Shown: one piece after another, positions 11,579 through 23,337 of the stretch
Layout of the letters: every line of letters starts with the position of its first letter
How positions within the stretch are numbered: the first letter of the stretch is position 1
Source: Corallochytrium limacisporum Hawaii
Lineage: Eukaryota > Protista > Pluriformea
Length of the DNA stretch: 64,000 nucleotides
Assembly (NCBI GenBank): GCA_002811645.1
Contig: PDIP01000053.1
Coordinates: 1 to 64,000, forward strand
Direction of reading: 5' to 3'
The notes under the pieces: model-generated
Seen by the model: only the letters and a program-made list of their open reading frames with translations
Database searches by the model: none
Told to the model about the DNA's origin: nothing
Made by a program: the position numbers and the translations under genes

Positions 11579-13742
11579 CTTCATGAACCAAAGGACGGGT
11601 TGAGAGGGGAACCACCCAACGTTCCAATTGCCCAGTGCATTCCCGCCTGCTACCCCGAAAAAAAAAAAAAAAAGTTCCAGCCAACTGAAGCCCATTGCTG
11701 GTTAGAACGGTTTCTGTGCGGGGACCCGGCGCTTAAAGAACGAAAGAAAGGGAAAAAAAACCAAGAAGGGATTTTCCCTCTCTGCGCAGCAAGCCCGAGA
11801 AAAAAATAACACAGGCGGGAAATACTTGCCCAGAGCCCCCTTGCACCGTCCGTACACTTTGTACCGTACACAATAAGCTGGCTATGCACCTGACGGATAA
11901 GGAGTTACACCAATTCATACGGTCCCCCCCCCCGGGAGGGCTGGTGGGGGTTAGTCGTTGGTGCCCAAATCTTCCTTCCCAGGGGGGCCTCCAGGTTTTC
12001 GTATGTGTGGTTCAGTACTGAAATACGAAATATGGACCACAACGCACCAGGGGGGGGGGCTTGAGGAACAGGGCAAAAAGAATGATAAGAAACGTAGAGA
12101 AAATTAGGGGAGGTGATACCTGCGCTGCGATTTTATCATTTGAAGAGTGTACCCTGGTTGGCCTGTAGTTATTGAGGGCACAGTCCTGCAAAGTCCCCGA
12201 CCCGAGACTTTCCTCAGGACAAACCCGCGGAGGGAGGAAGCTGAGTCAGAGAAAGTTGACACCTGCACCATGGATTTTATATACTGAACCTATGAAGTCG
12301 GAAGTCTTGAAGACGAAGCAGCAGCCCTTCTCTCGCGCCACCCGCGCGCGAGTCTTCAGGCGCAAGGGACTTCGTTGGCTTGCAATCCATTAATGGCTGG
12401 GATTCCCCCCGGGGGGGGGGGGGGGGTTAGGACTGTCCCGAGGCCCGAGTGGAAAGCTAAAGTGACGTCGCATATGCTGCCATGCCTTTGGACGGGTCAT
12501 TGAGGCATGTCATGATGGATCGCTTCTACTCACTGACCAGAGTATCATGTTATGTTGGTACTGAGTTACCATCAATATTAGCTTAGTTCGGGTTGCTGCA
12601 CATGATGGTCTGATCGGCTACGGAGGATATTGCCCACAGAGCAAACGCCACATATCGGGTGCTGGAGGTGAACCCGGCGTAAATTGTTGCACACAAGTCA
12701 AGTCTGCATGTAGCGCTAACAGGAGATTCGATCGTCCCCTGCCACGAGTGCGCACAAGCAGACACAGTGCACTCGACATCCACGCCACACCTGGCCGGCT
12801 GCTCTTGGCGTACGCTGGCCGACGCAACTGTCTTGTGTGCTCACCGGGTCGTACTCAACAGAGCACCAGCACTGTTCCTATGGCTGCTCCCCGCTCCTGA
12901 GGCAAATCCCAAGTGTGGTGCGAGTATTGTGAAGTCGGAGAGAGAAAGCCTTTTGCGTGGATGCCCCCCATCGGCGCACATGCAGAGATGGCCGGACCGT
13001 GAGCCACAACCGCTGATGAACCCATCGTCAGCAGACCCAGCGACCGAGCCATCGGCGGTCTCCAGACCCGCTCTTCACACAACCCCCCCCCCCGGGGGGG
13101 TCCCCGTTCGATCCTAGGCTTTTAAACTCCATTCAAACCACAATTCCGGTAGACTCACTATAGAGGTGGTCGTGCAGCGGTACTTTCAGTACCAATGTCC
13201 CTTAGGGCCCCTCTCGCGCGGCCCTTCCCCAACCCCCGGGGGGGGGGGTTCTCCATGGAGAAGGGGAGGAAAAACACACACAAACTAAAATTTCACACAC
13301 AATGAAAAATGGAGAATAGAAAAGGTCTGCAAAACGTTGGGTGGGAACAGGAGCAAGTTTTGGCCCTCCTGGTCCCCCTCTCGTAATGTATGAACTTTAT
13401 ATTGGAGAAGCTCAGGTGGCCGCTCCGATACTGAAAATACCGGCCTTCTCTTTTGTACTCAATATTCGGTACTGAAGAAATGTAGCGACCTAGCCCATTG
13501 GCGAGTACGTACAGTGCCTTTACCAGGGCTGACTCTTAGGTTACCCACTACTTGCTGCATAGTTTCCGCTGTGGCTACCTTCTGGCACTCAAGAATTTGC
13601 ATAGGAATATGTGCCATAGGATTTGACATTGTACAGAGCTATTTAGTTCCAACAACCCTCTACCACCTGGTCGGTGTTACACTCCGATCTTTAGGTTCTT
13701 GATCTACGGGATTGAACTGAAATCTGCACAAATTTAGTCACC

Positions 13743-14150
13743 ATGAAGACCCACGTCGACGTCGCCCTTTCTCGCCGCAAGCAGCGCAAGGCTCACTTCT
13801 CTGCTCCCTCTCACCTGCGCCGTGTCCGCATGAGCGCTCATCTGAGCAAGGAGCTGCGCGAGAAGCACGGTTTCCGCTCTCTGCCCATCAAGAAGGACGA
13901 CGAGGTTCAGGTCTGCCGCGGTACCTTCAAGGGCACCTCCGGCCGCGTCACCAACGTCTACCGTAAGAAGTACATCATCCACATCGAGCGGGTCACCAAG
14001 GAGAAGGTCAACGGCGCTTCTGCCCCCATTGGTATCCAGCCCTCCAACGTGGAGATCACCAAGCTGAAAATGGACAACAGCCGCAAGGCCATCATTGAGC
14101 GCAAGGGTAAGAGCAGCGACAAGAAGGGTTCCGATGCCATGCAGGCCTAA
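13743..14150 (+). CDS. RPL26: 60S ribosomal protein L26 (uL24)
   Basis: 135 aa. [26 protein letters not shown] motif [25 protein letters not shown]. Strong C/G-ending codon bias. Confidence 0.98.
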   Translation: MKTHVDVALSRRKQRKAHFSAPSHLRRVRMSAHLSKELREKHGFRSLPIKKDDEVQVCRGTFKGTSGRVTNVYRKKYIIHIERVTKEKVNGASAPIGIQPSNVEITKLKMDNSRKAIIERKGKSSDKKGSDAMQA

Positions 14151-14659
14151 GTTGGGAAATGTATCAAAATCATATCTCATGAGCGGGACTTACTGATTCT
14201 GCGATTCAACGCTTTAAAGTGAAGGAGTAACCTCTCTTGCTTTGCACGTAGTTTCTGTTACATATTTGCATTTCATTCTGTGTGCCCATGGGCAATGGCA
14301 TAGCATGTGCCATCCACAGCACACAATCTTAACACGACATCTTTTACATATAAAGTATAGTTACAGCATAATTATTTTATCCATCATGTTGGCCCTCCGT
14401 CTCTGTTGATGCTAAGTTTAACCCTTTGTGGAATTGATCAATTCTGCTCCTCCCTGGAACCTCAGGAGCGAGTGGACTACCTAACCTACTGAGGGAGGGG
14501 GTCGCGGGTCTCCCAACACCCAACCTAAACCCGCTACGGACCGATTCCGGGAACGACGACAAATGCGGGATAGTACGTATTTGAATACCTCTTCCGTTGT
14601 AGTCCCTGCCATAGGCTCTGGAATCTATCCCACTGTTTCTTAAAGAAACTACGCTCCAT

Positions 14660-15349
14660 ATGACGGAAGACAACACGACACAGAAACCTGAAGCACTTCC
14701 TCCGTCCAAACTGGGCACACAGGAGTACTGGGAGTCAGTGTACCAACGGGAAGTCACTAACTTCCAGCAAAATGGCGATGAAGGCGAAGTTTGGTTCGGC
14801 GAAGAAGCTGTGCAGGCTATACTAAATTGGGTTCTCGACCAGGAACTGGAGCCCAAGACAAAAACCCTCGATCTTGGCTGCGGAAATGGCCATGTGCTCC
14901 TGGAGCTGGCGCAGGAGGCGGATTTTGTTGACCTCATGGGAATCGACTACTCAGAATCATCGATAAAGCTTGCTAAAGCTGCGGCATCGGCTAGGGGCGA
15001 AAGTTGTCAGAAAATTGTCTATAGGGTATTTGATGTCATGAACTCAGATGCAAAGGATCTCCAGGAAGGACCATTCGATTTGGTCGTCGATAAGGGGACA
15101 TTTGACGCGATCTCTCTGAGCCCGGACCAGAAGAAACCGGGGGACCACTACGGCAAGTTCGTGGCCGAATGCCTGGCCGAGCACGACCGTGCCTATTTTG
15201 TGATTGTGAGCTGCAATTGGACCAGTGAAGAACTACAGAATCACTTTGAACATGCCCTTGACTTCGTACTGGATGTGCCCCAACGGAGTTTTGAATTCGG
15301 CGGGCACAAAGGCCAGACCGTGTCGATGGCAATCTTCAGGAAGACGTAG
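14660..15349 (+). CDS. EEF1AKMT2: eEF1A lysine methyltransferase 2 (EFM4/METTL10)
   Basis: 229 aa. PSKLGTQEYWESVYQRE..NF...GDEGEVWFGE, LDLGCGNG, DKGTFDAISL, SCNWTSEEL, FEFGG.KG. Confidence 0.93.
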   Translation: MTEDNTTQKPEALPPSKLGTQEYWESVYQREVTNFQQNGDEGEVWFGEEAVQAILNWVLDQELEPKTKTLDLGCGNGHVLLELAQEADFVDLMGIDYSESSIKLAKAAASARGESCQKIVYRVFDVMNSDAKDLQEGPFDLVVDKGTFDAISLSPDQKKPGDHYGKFVAECLAEHDRAYFVIVSCNWTSEELQNHFEHALDFVLDVPQRSFEFGGHKGQTVSMAIFRKT

Positions 15350-15528
15350 AGTGATCCGGGAACAGTGGTCACGTTTTATTCAATTAGCATATAGACATTA
15401 ATAGACAGACGTATAGGCATATAGATAGGGTACCCTTCTTCCTTGTAGTTTATATACATGCAAAGACCTATCTCGGGAATTTATTGATAAATAAATGTGG
15501 CATCTGTGATGGAACCCATACACTCCAC

Positions 15529-16251
15529 TTACAGGTCGGCAAGAGAGCCCAGGGTCTCGTCCAGCTCGCGCTTGACCTTCTCGTACTCAGCCTTCTGGTT
15601 GGCCATCTGGTCCTGCAGTTTCTCCATCTGGCGCTCCATCTCTGCATTCTTGCGTTCGGTAGTTTCGTACTTAGTCTCAGCCTCACGCAGCTTCTCCTTG
15701 GTTTCCCGGAGCTCGGAGAGGTACTGATCCGCCTTAGGGTCGTCGCTGCTAACGTTCATGTGCTGCACCTCGGAGGAGAGCTCAGAGACTTGGTCCTCCA
15801 TCTTCTTGGCCTTGGCCGTGGCATCAGCAGCCTTGTCCTCTGCCTTTTCTAATTCGGACTCCAAGAGCGTGATCTTGCGGTTAGCCTCCTGCAGCTTCTG
15901 CTCGGCTTCCTGAGCCTCCTTGATGGCAGAGCTGGCACGGCTAGCAGCAGAGTCAGCTTTGTCGGTGTCACCGGCCGCTGAGTTCTCCAGCGACTTGATG
16001 CGCAGCTCCAGTTCTGTGTTCGCCTTCTCCAGCTGGTCAGCCTTGACCTTAAACTCAGCAGCCCGGGTCTCAGCCTTCTCGGCAGTGTCCTCGAGGAGCG
16101 TCACCTTGCGGTTCGCAGCGTCGGCATCGCGTTGGGCCTGCTCAGCTGCGGACTGGGCGTCGGAGAGCTTGGCCTCAGCTGCGGCCTGGGCGTCCTCCGC
16201 CTTCTCCTTCTCGTCCTTCAGCTGTTCGAGCTTTGCTTTAATGCGCTCCAT
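15529..16251 (-). CDS. TPM: Tropomyosin (short, about 6 periods, animal-like)
   Basis: 240 aa coiled coil. N-terminal MERIKAKLEQLK, two NRK(V/I)TLLE motifs 77 aa apart, KLREAETK, C-terminal ELDETL..L. Confidence 0.88.
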   Translation of the reverse strand: MERIKAKLEQLKDEKEKAEDAQAAAEAKLSDAQSAAEQAQRDADAANRKVTLLEDTAEKAETRAAEFKVKADQLEKANTELELRIKSLENSAAGDTDKADSAASRASSAIKEAQEAEQKLQEANRKITLLESELEKAEDKAADATAKAKKMEDQVSELSSEVQHMNVSSDDPKADQYLSELRETKEKLREAETKYETTERKNAEMERQMEKLQDQMANQKAEYEKVKRELDETLGSLADL

Positions 16252-18004
16252 GATTCCTTTGTTATGGGATTTGACTTAACCACGCTCGTCAACAAACAGA
16301 TACTTTCTATCCGCTCAGGCCATGATATCACTATATGTGAGGCTGCCAGATCTCAAATAGGACACGATGATGTCAAAGGCTATCCCACGAGGAACAGGAC
16401 GACGGCAAACAGAACACAAATGGCCATCATAGAAGCACTGCGATGTTTCCGTCTGTGCACAAAGTCACAAACAGGAGCAACCCGTTCCGTGCTCATCCCG
16501 ACACAGGTACAGAGGTATTCTGTCCCATCCATTGCTGCCTGTGGCTCCAGCTTTGCTTGCGGCGCAACAACATAGGGATGGACATGCGATTCACGAAGTT
16601 GCGACACAAATCAAACAATAAACAGAGGAACAACGAGTGAGAACTTTCGTCGCCTTCAATCCTTCTTGCTCGTGCTGTGGACCTGTCACATCCAGCACAC
16701 ACGCTCTCGCTCTTGCCAAACGGCGTCAAAGATCCACGGCCGCAGCAACCCAGACTATTGCGGCGGTGCCTGGGAGAGAGAGTGGGACGGAGAGAACGGA
16801 GCACCAGCGATCCCAACGATTATCCGACCAATCACTGACCGGACCCTCCCTGAAAAGGTAAGAAATTTCTGCAGGCAGGGGAAGCGGAGAGAGAGAGGGG
16901 GAGGGGAGGTTGTGGCTCCGTGTCTCTCTCTCTTTTTTTTTTCTCCTTTCTTCCTTTCTTTTTTTTTTTTGAGCTGAGAGAATAAGAATTAGGTAGAGAC
17001 CACGACCGTGCCCATCACCCACAACGCGGAGGGAGGTGGAGGGGGGGGGGCCGGAGGGACGAAGGCTGTACACTATGTTTTTACTCACCTGACCCAACAA
17101 GAAAAATAAAAAGGGAAAACAGGTCCCACCGTGCCAGTTTTCCACCAAAGAAAAGGAAAACTGTGAAAAATCTCTGCGCTACAAAATCTTTGTGTCTCGT
17201 GGAACAGAAAAAAAATAATGGAGAGTGGAGTACAGTGTGCCAAACAAAAGAAAAAAATCAACACCAAAATATAGTATAACAGGAGGCAATGAAAAAGCAA
17301 TATTAGGGGACCACTACCCAATACCCACGCAACCGCGCAGGATTTCCATCGTTTGATCCGGAGAGAGCCCAAAATTCAAAAAGTCCGTGGTGTGTCACAA
17401 AAAGGGGAAGGGGCGAGGGAGATGGAGTTCGGGATCGCCAAAGAATACAAACCCAAGACAAAGAGACCCTTAAAGTTTTTTAAAAAAAAAAGGAAGAGAA
17501 AAGGAAACAGAAAAAGAGAAAACTAAAACACACTGCCTAGAACTTCAACCTTACATCATCCGCGGGGGAGGGAAATTGAACCCGTAAGGACGTGGGTCCG
17601 GCGAGCCATTGGTTCACTATGGCAAGGGCGTACTTTGTCCACGGGTCCGGATCGATTTGGGAGAAACGTGATTCTTGGGTCAGTGCCCAGTGCGGCAGGA
17701 AAGGACAGCTGTGGCTGTTGCGTGGGGATGGCATGAATCAAATAGTTATATAGATATCCCTGCGTATACATCTGATATCAAGTACATATATTTACTATTT
17801 CAGTAGAGAAAATTAGGACATAATATGTCCTGAGGAGGTATCGTCATTGCCAGGTTAGTCCTTCGATTGCGGCCCCTTGAGCGTGTTTTCAACGTTTCTT
17901 TGGGTCCAATTGGCAATGCTTCGAGAATATTGGATTATGATTGGACAAAATTGAACCATTCAGAGAGCGGAATGGAGGAAAGGGGGGGCCAGTGGGTTTT
18001 TGGG

Positions 18005-18208
18005 NNNNNNNNNNNNNNNNNNNNNNNNNNNNNNNNNNNNNNNNNNNNNNNNNNNNNNNNNNNNNNNNNNNNNNNNNNNNNNNNNNNNNNNNNNNNNNNN
18101 NNNNNNNNNNNNNNNNNNNNNNNNNNNNNNNNNNNNNNNNNNNNNNNNNNNNNNNNNNNNNNNNNNNNNNNNNNNNNNNNNNNNNNNNNNNNNNNNNNNN
18201 NNNNNNNN
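18005..18208. other. Assembly gap (N run)
   Basis: Ns with an identical 19-mer on both flanks. Confidence 0.99.
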
Positions 18209-18541
18209 GGGCCAGTGGGTTTTTGGGAGGGGGGGGGGGAGGGGGGGGGACCGAACGTTTCAAACTTTCAGCGCCACTGGTACCAGGCCACCGGTAGTGA
18301 ACTGGGCCATTCTCCTCCGAATCCTCGGAACCCTTGGGACTGCGTTGGTAGTGTGTAAACTTGCATCGTCACATGTCTAACAAGCGGCACGGAGACAATG
18401 CTTGTTTTTGAGGGGTTCGACCTATGTGGTTCTTAGCAGGTTCTGTCCTGACTGACAATATATATATTCAACAAGGGGTTTACAAGAACCCTGCACTCTT
18501 GCTCACTGCTTCGCGGCCCGCCGCGCTTGGCCGATTCGTCT

Positions 18542-20155
18542 TCATGCACTCCATTGAAGATTTTCATCTGTTGGCGAGTGCTTGTCCTTGCCTTTATCCC
18601 GGTCCTCGATAGACGTCATGTAGCTCTCGTAATAGGATCGGGCAGCACGGCCGAGGTACGGTTCGCAACTTGCGCACGGATACTCTTTCTCCCAGACAGG
18701 ATCATACCATTTGTTCACGGCCAAATTGATACCATCCTGATTTGGGCTGGATTCTATCTCGTGCCAATAGAAGGCAGGCACGTACAGCACGTCACCGGCC
18801 TCGATTTTACATGTAATCATCCGCTCCAGGGCCTTCTCAAACAAAGGGAACCGCCGCGATGCCTCTTCAGATTTTGTCATATCTGCTGGAGTCATCACCA
18901 TGGCCGTGTTTTGCGGCAGGATGTCCCGATGGAACATGTATTGCCCAGATTTTGCGTCCCTCGTAAGCCGCACCTTAGCCTCTCGAACATGGCCTTCGTA
19001 GAGCTCTTCATTGTGCCAGGCATCAATAAGGTGTACCAACTTGGTTCCCGTCACCTGGGTCAGCAGATTTTCGTACGCATCAAAATGCATCTTGCCCACA
19101 GTAGGACCGTTTGCAAACCACAGGTTGGTCATCGTTACATTGAAATTCTTGTCCAGCAGGCCGAAGTCCCCGACATCATCGAGGAGCTCCGGGAAGGCCT
19201 CCTTGAGGCCCGTGTACTCTAGGTAGAAGCTTACCGATGGATCACGGTGATTGAGGAAGTCCGAGACAGATATTCGATGGTCAGCAGGTCGGACTATCAC
19301 AAGGTCATCAACACTTAGCTGCTCCCTGACATAATCCGGAATCTTGAGAGCATCCTCGCCGGCATCGTTCCACATATGTAAAGGCTCCGGTCCCTCGAAG
19401 ATACCATCTGGACTGGCTTTCACCATCATCTCCCGAGATCCCAAGTGTTCAGCAAAGTAATTCTTGGTCCATTTTGACATGGCAGTCCACTCTTTGGCTG
19501 CTCCCTTGATGATGACTGGACGATATGAGAGGACAAATCTCTCAACAAAGGAGTACCATAGAGCAGATGCGGGATCCGCTGTCCCTGCAAAGCCATCCAG
19601 GGTCAGTACAGGGCAGCCACCATCCAAGCCCACTTCTGCAGCTTTTGCGTCGTTGATTATGCCCATACGTATTGATCCCCATGATGATATGTGCCCGTCT
19701 GGATTGCGATGAATCTGTGTCAACTTGCCAATTTCGTTCAGGAGCTCTGCAGGAGATTCTGCGTCAACAGTTTGCCACTCCCTATCCCACTCGATCACCG
19801 AGGACAGGCATTTCTTGACCTTTGGTTGTGGCGGCCCGTACAACACAGACACTTGCTCGTCCGCCTCCATCCTGTCAGTTTGGACCCCGACAGTGCTTCT
19901 TCCTGTGTACCTTTCAAGGTGGTCTTTTGGTGTCCCTTCACTCTGCATCAGGTTAGCCATGTCTCCTGTGCTGCCATGTAGAATCTGCAACTCCTCGGGA
20001 TCCGCTCCGTAGACCTCATACAGGTATTCATAGAGGTATTTATCGTCTGTAATGATGATATGCTGAGCATTATCGTTGGCAGACAGCCCTTTTGTGGATC
20101 GCACGAGCTGCGCCAGGCTCAGTCCGCAGACGAGTGCCACAGCTGGCCATTTCAT
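18542..20155 (-). CDS. JmjC/cupin_8 2-oxoglutarate oxygenase (JMJD7/JMJD8-like) with N-terminal signal peptide
   Basis: RPVIIKGA..EW.AM.KW; Fe ligands HFD...H (MHFDAYENLL; GDVLYVPAFYWHEIES); NLAVN.WY. Start moved from 20287 to ATG 20155 (MKWPAVALVCGLSLAQLV). Confidence 0.85.
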   Translation of the reverse strand: MKWPAVALVCGLSLAQLVRSTKGLSANDNAQHIIITDDKYLYEYLYEVYGADPEELQILHGSTGDMANLMQSEGTPKDHLERYTGRSTVGVQTDRMEADEQVSVLYGPPQPKVKKCLSSVIEWDREWQTVDAESPAELLNEIGKLTQIHRNPDGHISSWGSIRMGIINDAKAAEVGLDGGCPVLTLDGFAGTADPASALWYSFVERFVLSYRPVIIKGAAKEWTAMSKWTKNYFAEHLGSREMMVKASPDGIFEGPEPLHMWNDAGEDALKIPDYVREQLSVDDLVIVRPADHRISVSDFLNHRDPSVSFYLEYTGLKEAFPELLDDVGDFGLLDKNFNVTMTNLWFANGPTVGKMHFDAYENLLTQVTGTKLVHLIDAWHNEELYEGHVREAKVRLTRDAKSGQYMFHRDILPQNTAMVMTPADMTKSEEASRRFPLFEKALERMITCKIEAGDVLYVPAFYWHEIESSPNQDGINLAVNKWYDPVWEKEYPCASCEPYLGRAARSYYESYMTSIEDRDKGKDKHSPTDENLQWSA

Positions 20156-20516
20156 TGTGTTCGCAATCGATCCGCGGACTAAGCTTGAACAAACAAATGA
20201 CAATGTCACATACCGGCAGACTTCAGGAAATATCCTCCACAGATTCTTGCATGCGACGGAAGGCATTTGCACCTGACTGTCTATCATACCTGTGTGTGCT
20301 GTTAAATGTTTGGCTTTTTGGCCCAGACCTCAGTCTATGTGGGGCCTGTGGGGGTTCTTCTGAAGCCGGCTATAGGGAGGGAGGGAGAATGTGTAAGGGC
20401 GGGCAATTCGACTACGGACCGCGCTTAACGCAATTGTGGACACAGTCGTTAGACGATATGTTATTCTACATACTTGTTTGTAATGTCATGGGATCAATCT
20501 GCCTGTCAACGGTCCC

Positions 20517-21548
20517 TTACGCCTCATAGTCACACGTATCGGGGAAAGTGCAGCCAGAACGCTGGATAATGACGCGGGCGGCCCAGTGGCCGGCCTCGAC
20601 ACAGTCCTTCATATCCTTGCCTTCGGCGAGCTTGGCCAGGAAACCACCGACAAAGGCATCGCCAGCACCATTGGTGTCGACCAGTTGGCTCTTCTCGAGG
20701 ACTTGGACGGGGTACTCAGTGGCGTTACCATCTCCATCAACGACGACGGTAGCCTGGGATCCCTGAGTGAACACAACGATGCGCTTGCGGTCCTTGTTAA
20801 CCTTGTCCATAGCCTGCACCTTCTTTGCGATCTCAGTGACGTCATCTCCCAGGCCATGCACCTTACCGAAAGTAGCAGCCTCAGTCTCGTTACCGAAGAC
20901 GATATCCATGTAGGGGAAGATCTCCATCATGGGGTCCTTGAAGAACTCAATCAGGAAGGGAGCGCTCAGGTTCATGGTGAACAGCTTGTTTGCCTCAGCA
21001 GCATGCTTGGCAACTTCCATAGCAGCAGGGGCACACGCAGTCAGGAAAAAGGAGGACACGTAGAAAATCTTAGCGCCTTGTACGTGCTTCCAGATATCGC
21101 TGCTCACGAGGTGGTCCTTCTTGTACTCGTTGGCAGCAGCCAGGTTGGCAACCAGAGAGCGGTTCTCGCCGGTGATCAGGACACCACAAGTACCGGTCTC
21201 GGTTTTCTCGTCCTCGAGGTACAGGTCCTGGACACCGTCGGCCTCGAGCTTTGCCTTCATCTCGGCACCGAACTTGTCCTTGCCGATACATCCAACGAAA
21301 CATGTCTGGTTTGGCTTCTTGAGCATCCACTGTGCCACACGGATGGCGTTCTGGGTGGCACCACCGGGGATATACTGGACATTGTACTTTTCGGCCATCT
21401 CGGTGTACATGGGCTTGTGCTTGTCCTCGGCGAGGATGGCGTTGTTGGCCTCAAGGTCGTACTTCTTGAGGTACTCCTCGTCAACCTCAGCGCTCACATC
21501 GAGCAGGGGGTTACCCATACCAAAGAGAAGAAACTGATCGGCGGTCAT
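20517..21548 (-). CDS. ADK: Adenosine kinase (PfkB family)
   Basis: GMGNPLLD, GGATQN, RSLVANLAAAN, MNLSAPF, FGNETEA, VDTNGAGDAFVGGFL. Start at ATG 21548 (acaaccATG); the ORF extends to 21638. Confidence 0.97.
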   Translation of the reverse strand: MTADQFLLFGMGNPLLDVSAEVDEEYLKKYDLEANNAILAEDKHKPMYTEMAEKYNVQYIPGGATQNAIRVAQWMLKKPNQTCFVGCIGKDKFGAEMKAKLEADGVQDLYLEDEKTETGTCGVLITGENRSLVANLAAANEYKKDHLVSSDIWKHVQGAKIFYVSSFFLTACAPAAMEVAKHAAEANKLFTMNLSAPFLIEFFKDPMMEIFPYMDIVFGNETEAATFGKVHGLGDDVTEIAKKVQAMDKVNKDRKRIVVFTQGSQATVVVDGDGNATEYPVQVLEKSQLVDTNGAGDAFVGGFLAKLAEGKDMKDCVEAGHWAARVIIQRSGCTFPDTCDYEA

Positions 21549-22609
21549 GGTTGTAGTGGGAAGGATTTCGCTGGAGCTAACACCGAGCGCTATACAGAAA
21601 AGAAGTCTATGCTTAGTGCAGAAACTCGTTTCACACAAGGTATGCGGGCGCTCACAAGTAGCCGTGCGCAGAGATCAGAACTTCTGCGACTCCTTGCTGC
21701 AAGCGAAAACTTCCTGAAGAATGCCGGTCGTATTTGTTTCTGACTGGTACAGACTGGGGAAGTATATATCCCACATATGATCCCCCCGGGTAGAGTGTTG
21801 AAACTTTCACGAGAGCAGGTTTGTTCACTGTGTACCCGGGGTATTGGTGCTATGTTTCCTCACTCCGTTGAAAGGCTCCACTTCTACAAAGACTCGTTCC
21901 CCCAAAGATAACACCGAAACTCAGTTGATGTGATCGCCAAACACTTTTTTCTGTGCCAGTGACGCCGTGGTGAAACGACTTCTCCGCGATGAGCCGTGCT
22001 GAGGTCCCCACCGTAGATCCCACGCGACCAAAGCGCGGGCCCACACTTTGGCTGAAAGGGATGGACCTACGTAAAATTCAGCAGCTCCGGGGCCCACACA
22101 CCATAGTCTGGGTATGAGCGCCTTATGTTTTGCCCCATCTCACACGGAAAATAAAACGCCCTTCAGTTTTCATTACCAGCTACAGTAACTAGATTAACCT
22201 ACCTTAATCGGCAGTGGTCGGGCTGGTTTGATATACGGTCAGTCGAATAGCAATGTTTCACTGTGCGGCGAAACTGTAAAGCACCTACCTACCTTTAGCG
22301 CCGGCCGCCCCAACCCTCTCTAATCAGCCGATGGGCGGTATCAGCTTTCTACCCGCATTCGGGCATCGCTGATGGCTGGCGCGGGTGCGGCGACGTTGAG
22401 GAGGCGGGTCAGATGCGCACAACACAGGGATAGTTCGATACCGATAGCCTTAGTGCTCCTTCAAGAATAGACGTCGTCAGCTATTTATGATTTGTACAGA
22501 AGTGAGGTTTTTCTATGATGGCGTGTTTAACCGTGTTTTGTGACAAAAGGACACTAAGAAAGTCTTGGTATTGGTTTAGAGTCTGGATTGGCCGTGGCAC
22601 TGGATCACC

Positions 22610-23254
22610 ATGCCGCAATTGATCTTTACACAGATATCTCGCGGGACTATCGTCCTTGTTGAGTATTCAAGCCTATCAAATAATTTGGATGCAATGGTTC
22701 GACAGCTTTTACCCAAAATCGGAAATGAGAACGTGCGTATGTCTTATTTGTACCAAGGATACTTGATACACTATCTGAAGGAGAACGGCATTGTGTATCT
22801 GACGTGCACCCCTGAAAGAGATGGTCGTCAATTTGCTTTCCAATTCTTAACTAAACTTCGTGAAGAATCGCTGAATATTATGAACGAGGAGACGCTGAGA
22901 AATGCACCCCCGTACGAGACCAACCAGAAGCTTCTGCCAATGATTCAAAAGCTCTCTCAGCGGGCTGTAGAGAACCCTGGGAGTTTGGATGTCCTTACTC
23001 GGGCGCAGAACGAAAGTCAGGCATTGCAGGAAAGTCTGATACAGGACATTGAAAAGGTTATTGAGCGTGGTGAGCGGGTTGATATTCTCATCGACCGCAC
23101 AAGTGATCTGAACGAAGAGGCCGGTGTTTTCGCGACTCGCAGCCGGAAAGTTGCGCAGAAGATGTGGTGGAAGAATACAAAATGGGGCATCACTATCGCT
23201 GTAGTGGTTGCCGTTCTGGTCACTGTTGCTGTAATAATGGCTTTGCGGAGTTGA
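22610..23254 (+). CDS. VAMP7: VAMP7-like longin R-SNARE
   Basis: 214 aa. Longin domain (ISRGTIVLVEY, RMSY....YLIHY), R-SNARE IEKVIERGERVDILIDRT.DL, MWWKN.K, C-terminal TM. Confidence 0.92.
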   Translation: MPQLIFTQISRGTIVLVEYSSLSNNLDAMVRQLLPKIGNENVRMSYLYQGYLIHYLKENGIVYLTCTPERDGRQFAFQFLTKLREESLNIMNEETLRNAPPYETNQKLLPMIQKLSQRAVENPGSLDVLTRAQNESQALQESLIQDIEKVIERGERVDILIDRTSDLNEEAGVFATRSRKVAQKMWWKNTKWGITIAVVVAVLVTVAVIMALRS

Positions 23255-23337
23255 TCAACCTAATACATCGCATAGGACTATGTCAGGCGTTAATTCAGTA
23301 CGATCTATGATGGTTTATGATTGGCTTAGTAGTGTAC

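Noticed and set aside
12505-12570. Possible C/D snoRNA (ATGATGG..CTGA..CTGA) or U2-like ATCGCTTCT
   Set aside because: Imperfect C box, no identifiable target and no further U2 similarity. It would need an Rfam/snoscan search.
17986-18227. Identical 19-mer GGGCCAGTGGGTTTTTGGG on both sides of the N gap (possible TSD or direct repeat)
   Set aside because: Both copies abut the gap exactly, so this is most simply an unmerged contig overlap.
18481-18544. Possible selenocysteine or readthrough at the JmjC TGA stop
   Set aside because: The frame ends 12 codons later and I saw no SECIS-like structure.
20586-21743. 385-aa ORF antisense to ADK (also 13734-14180, 25657-26478, 34580-35356, 61145-61921)
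   Set aside because: Shadow ORFs produced by codon bias in the real genes; no recognisable domains.
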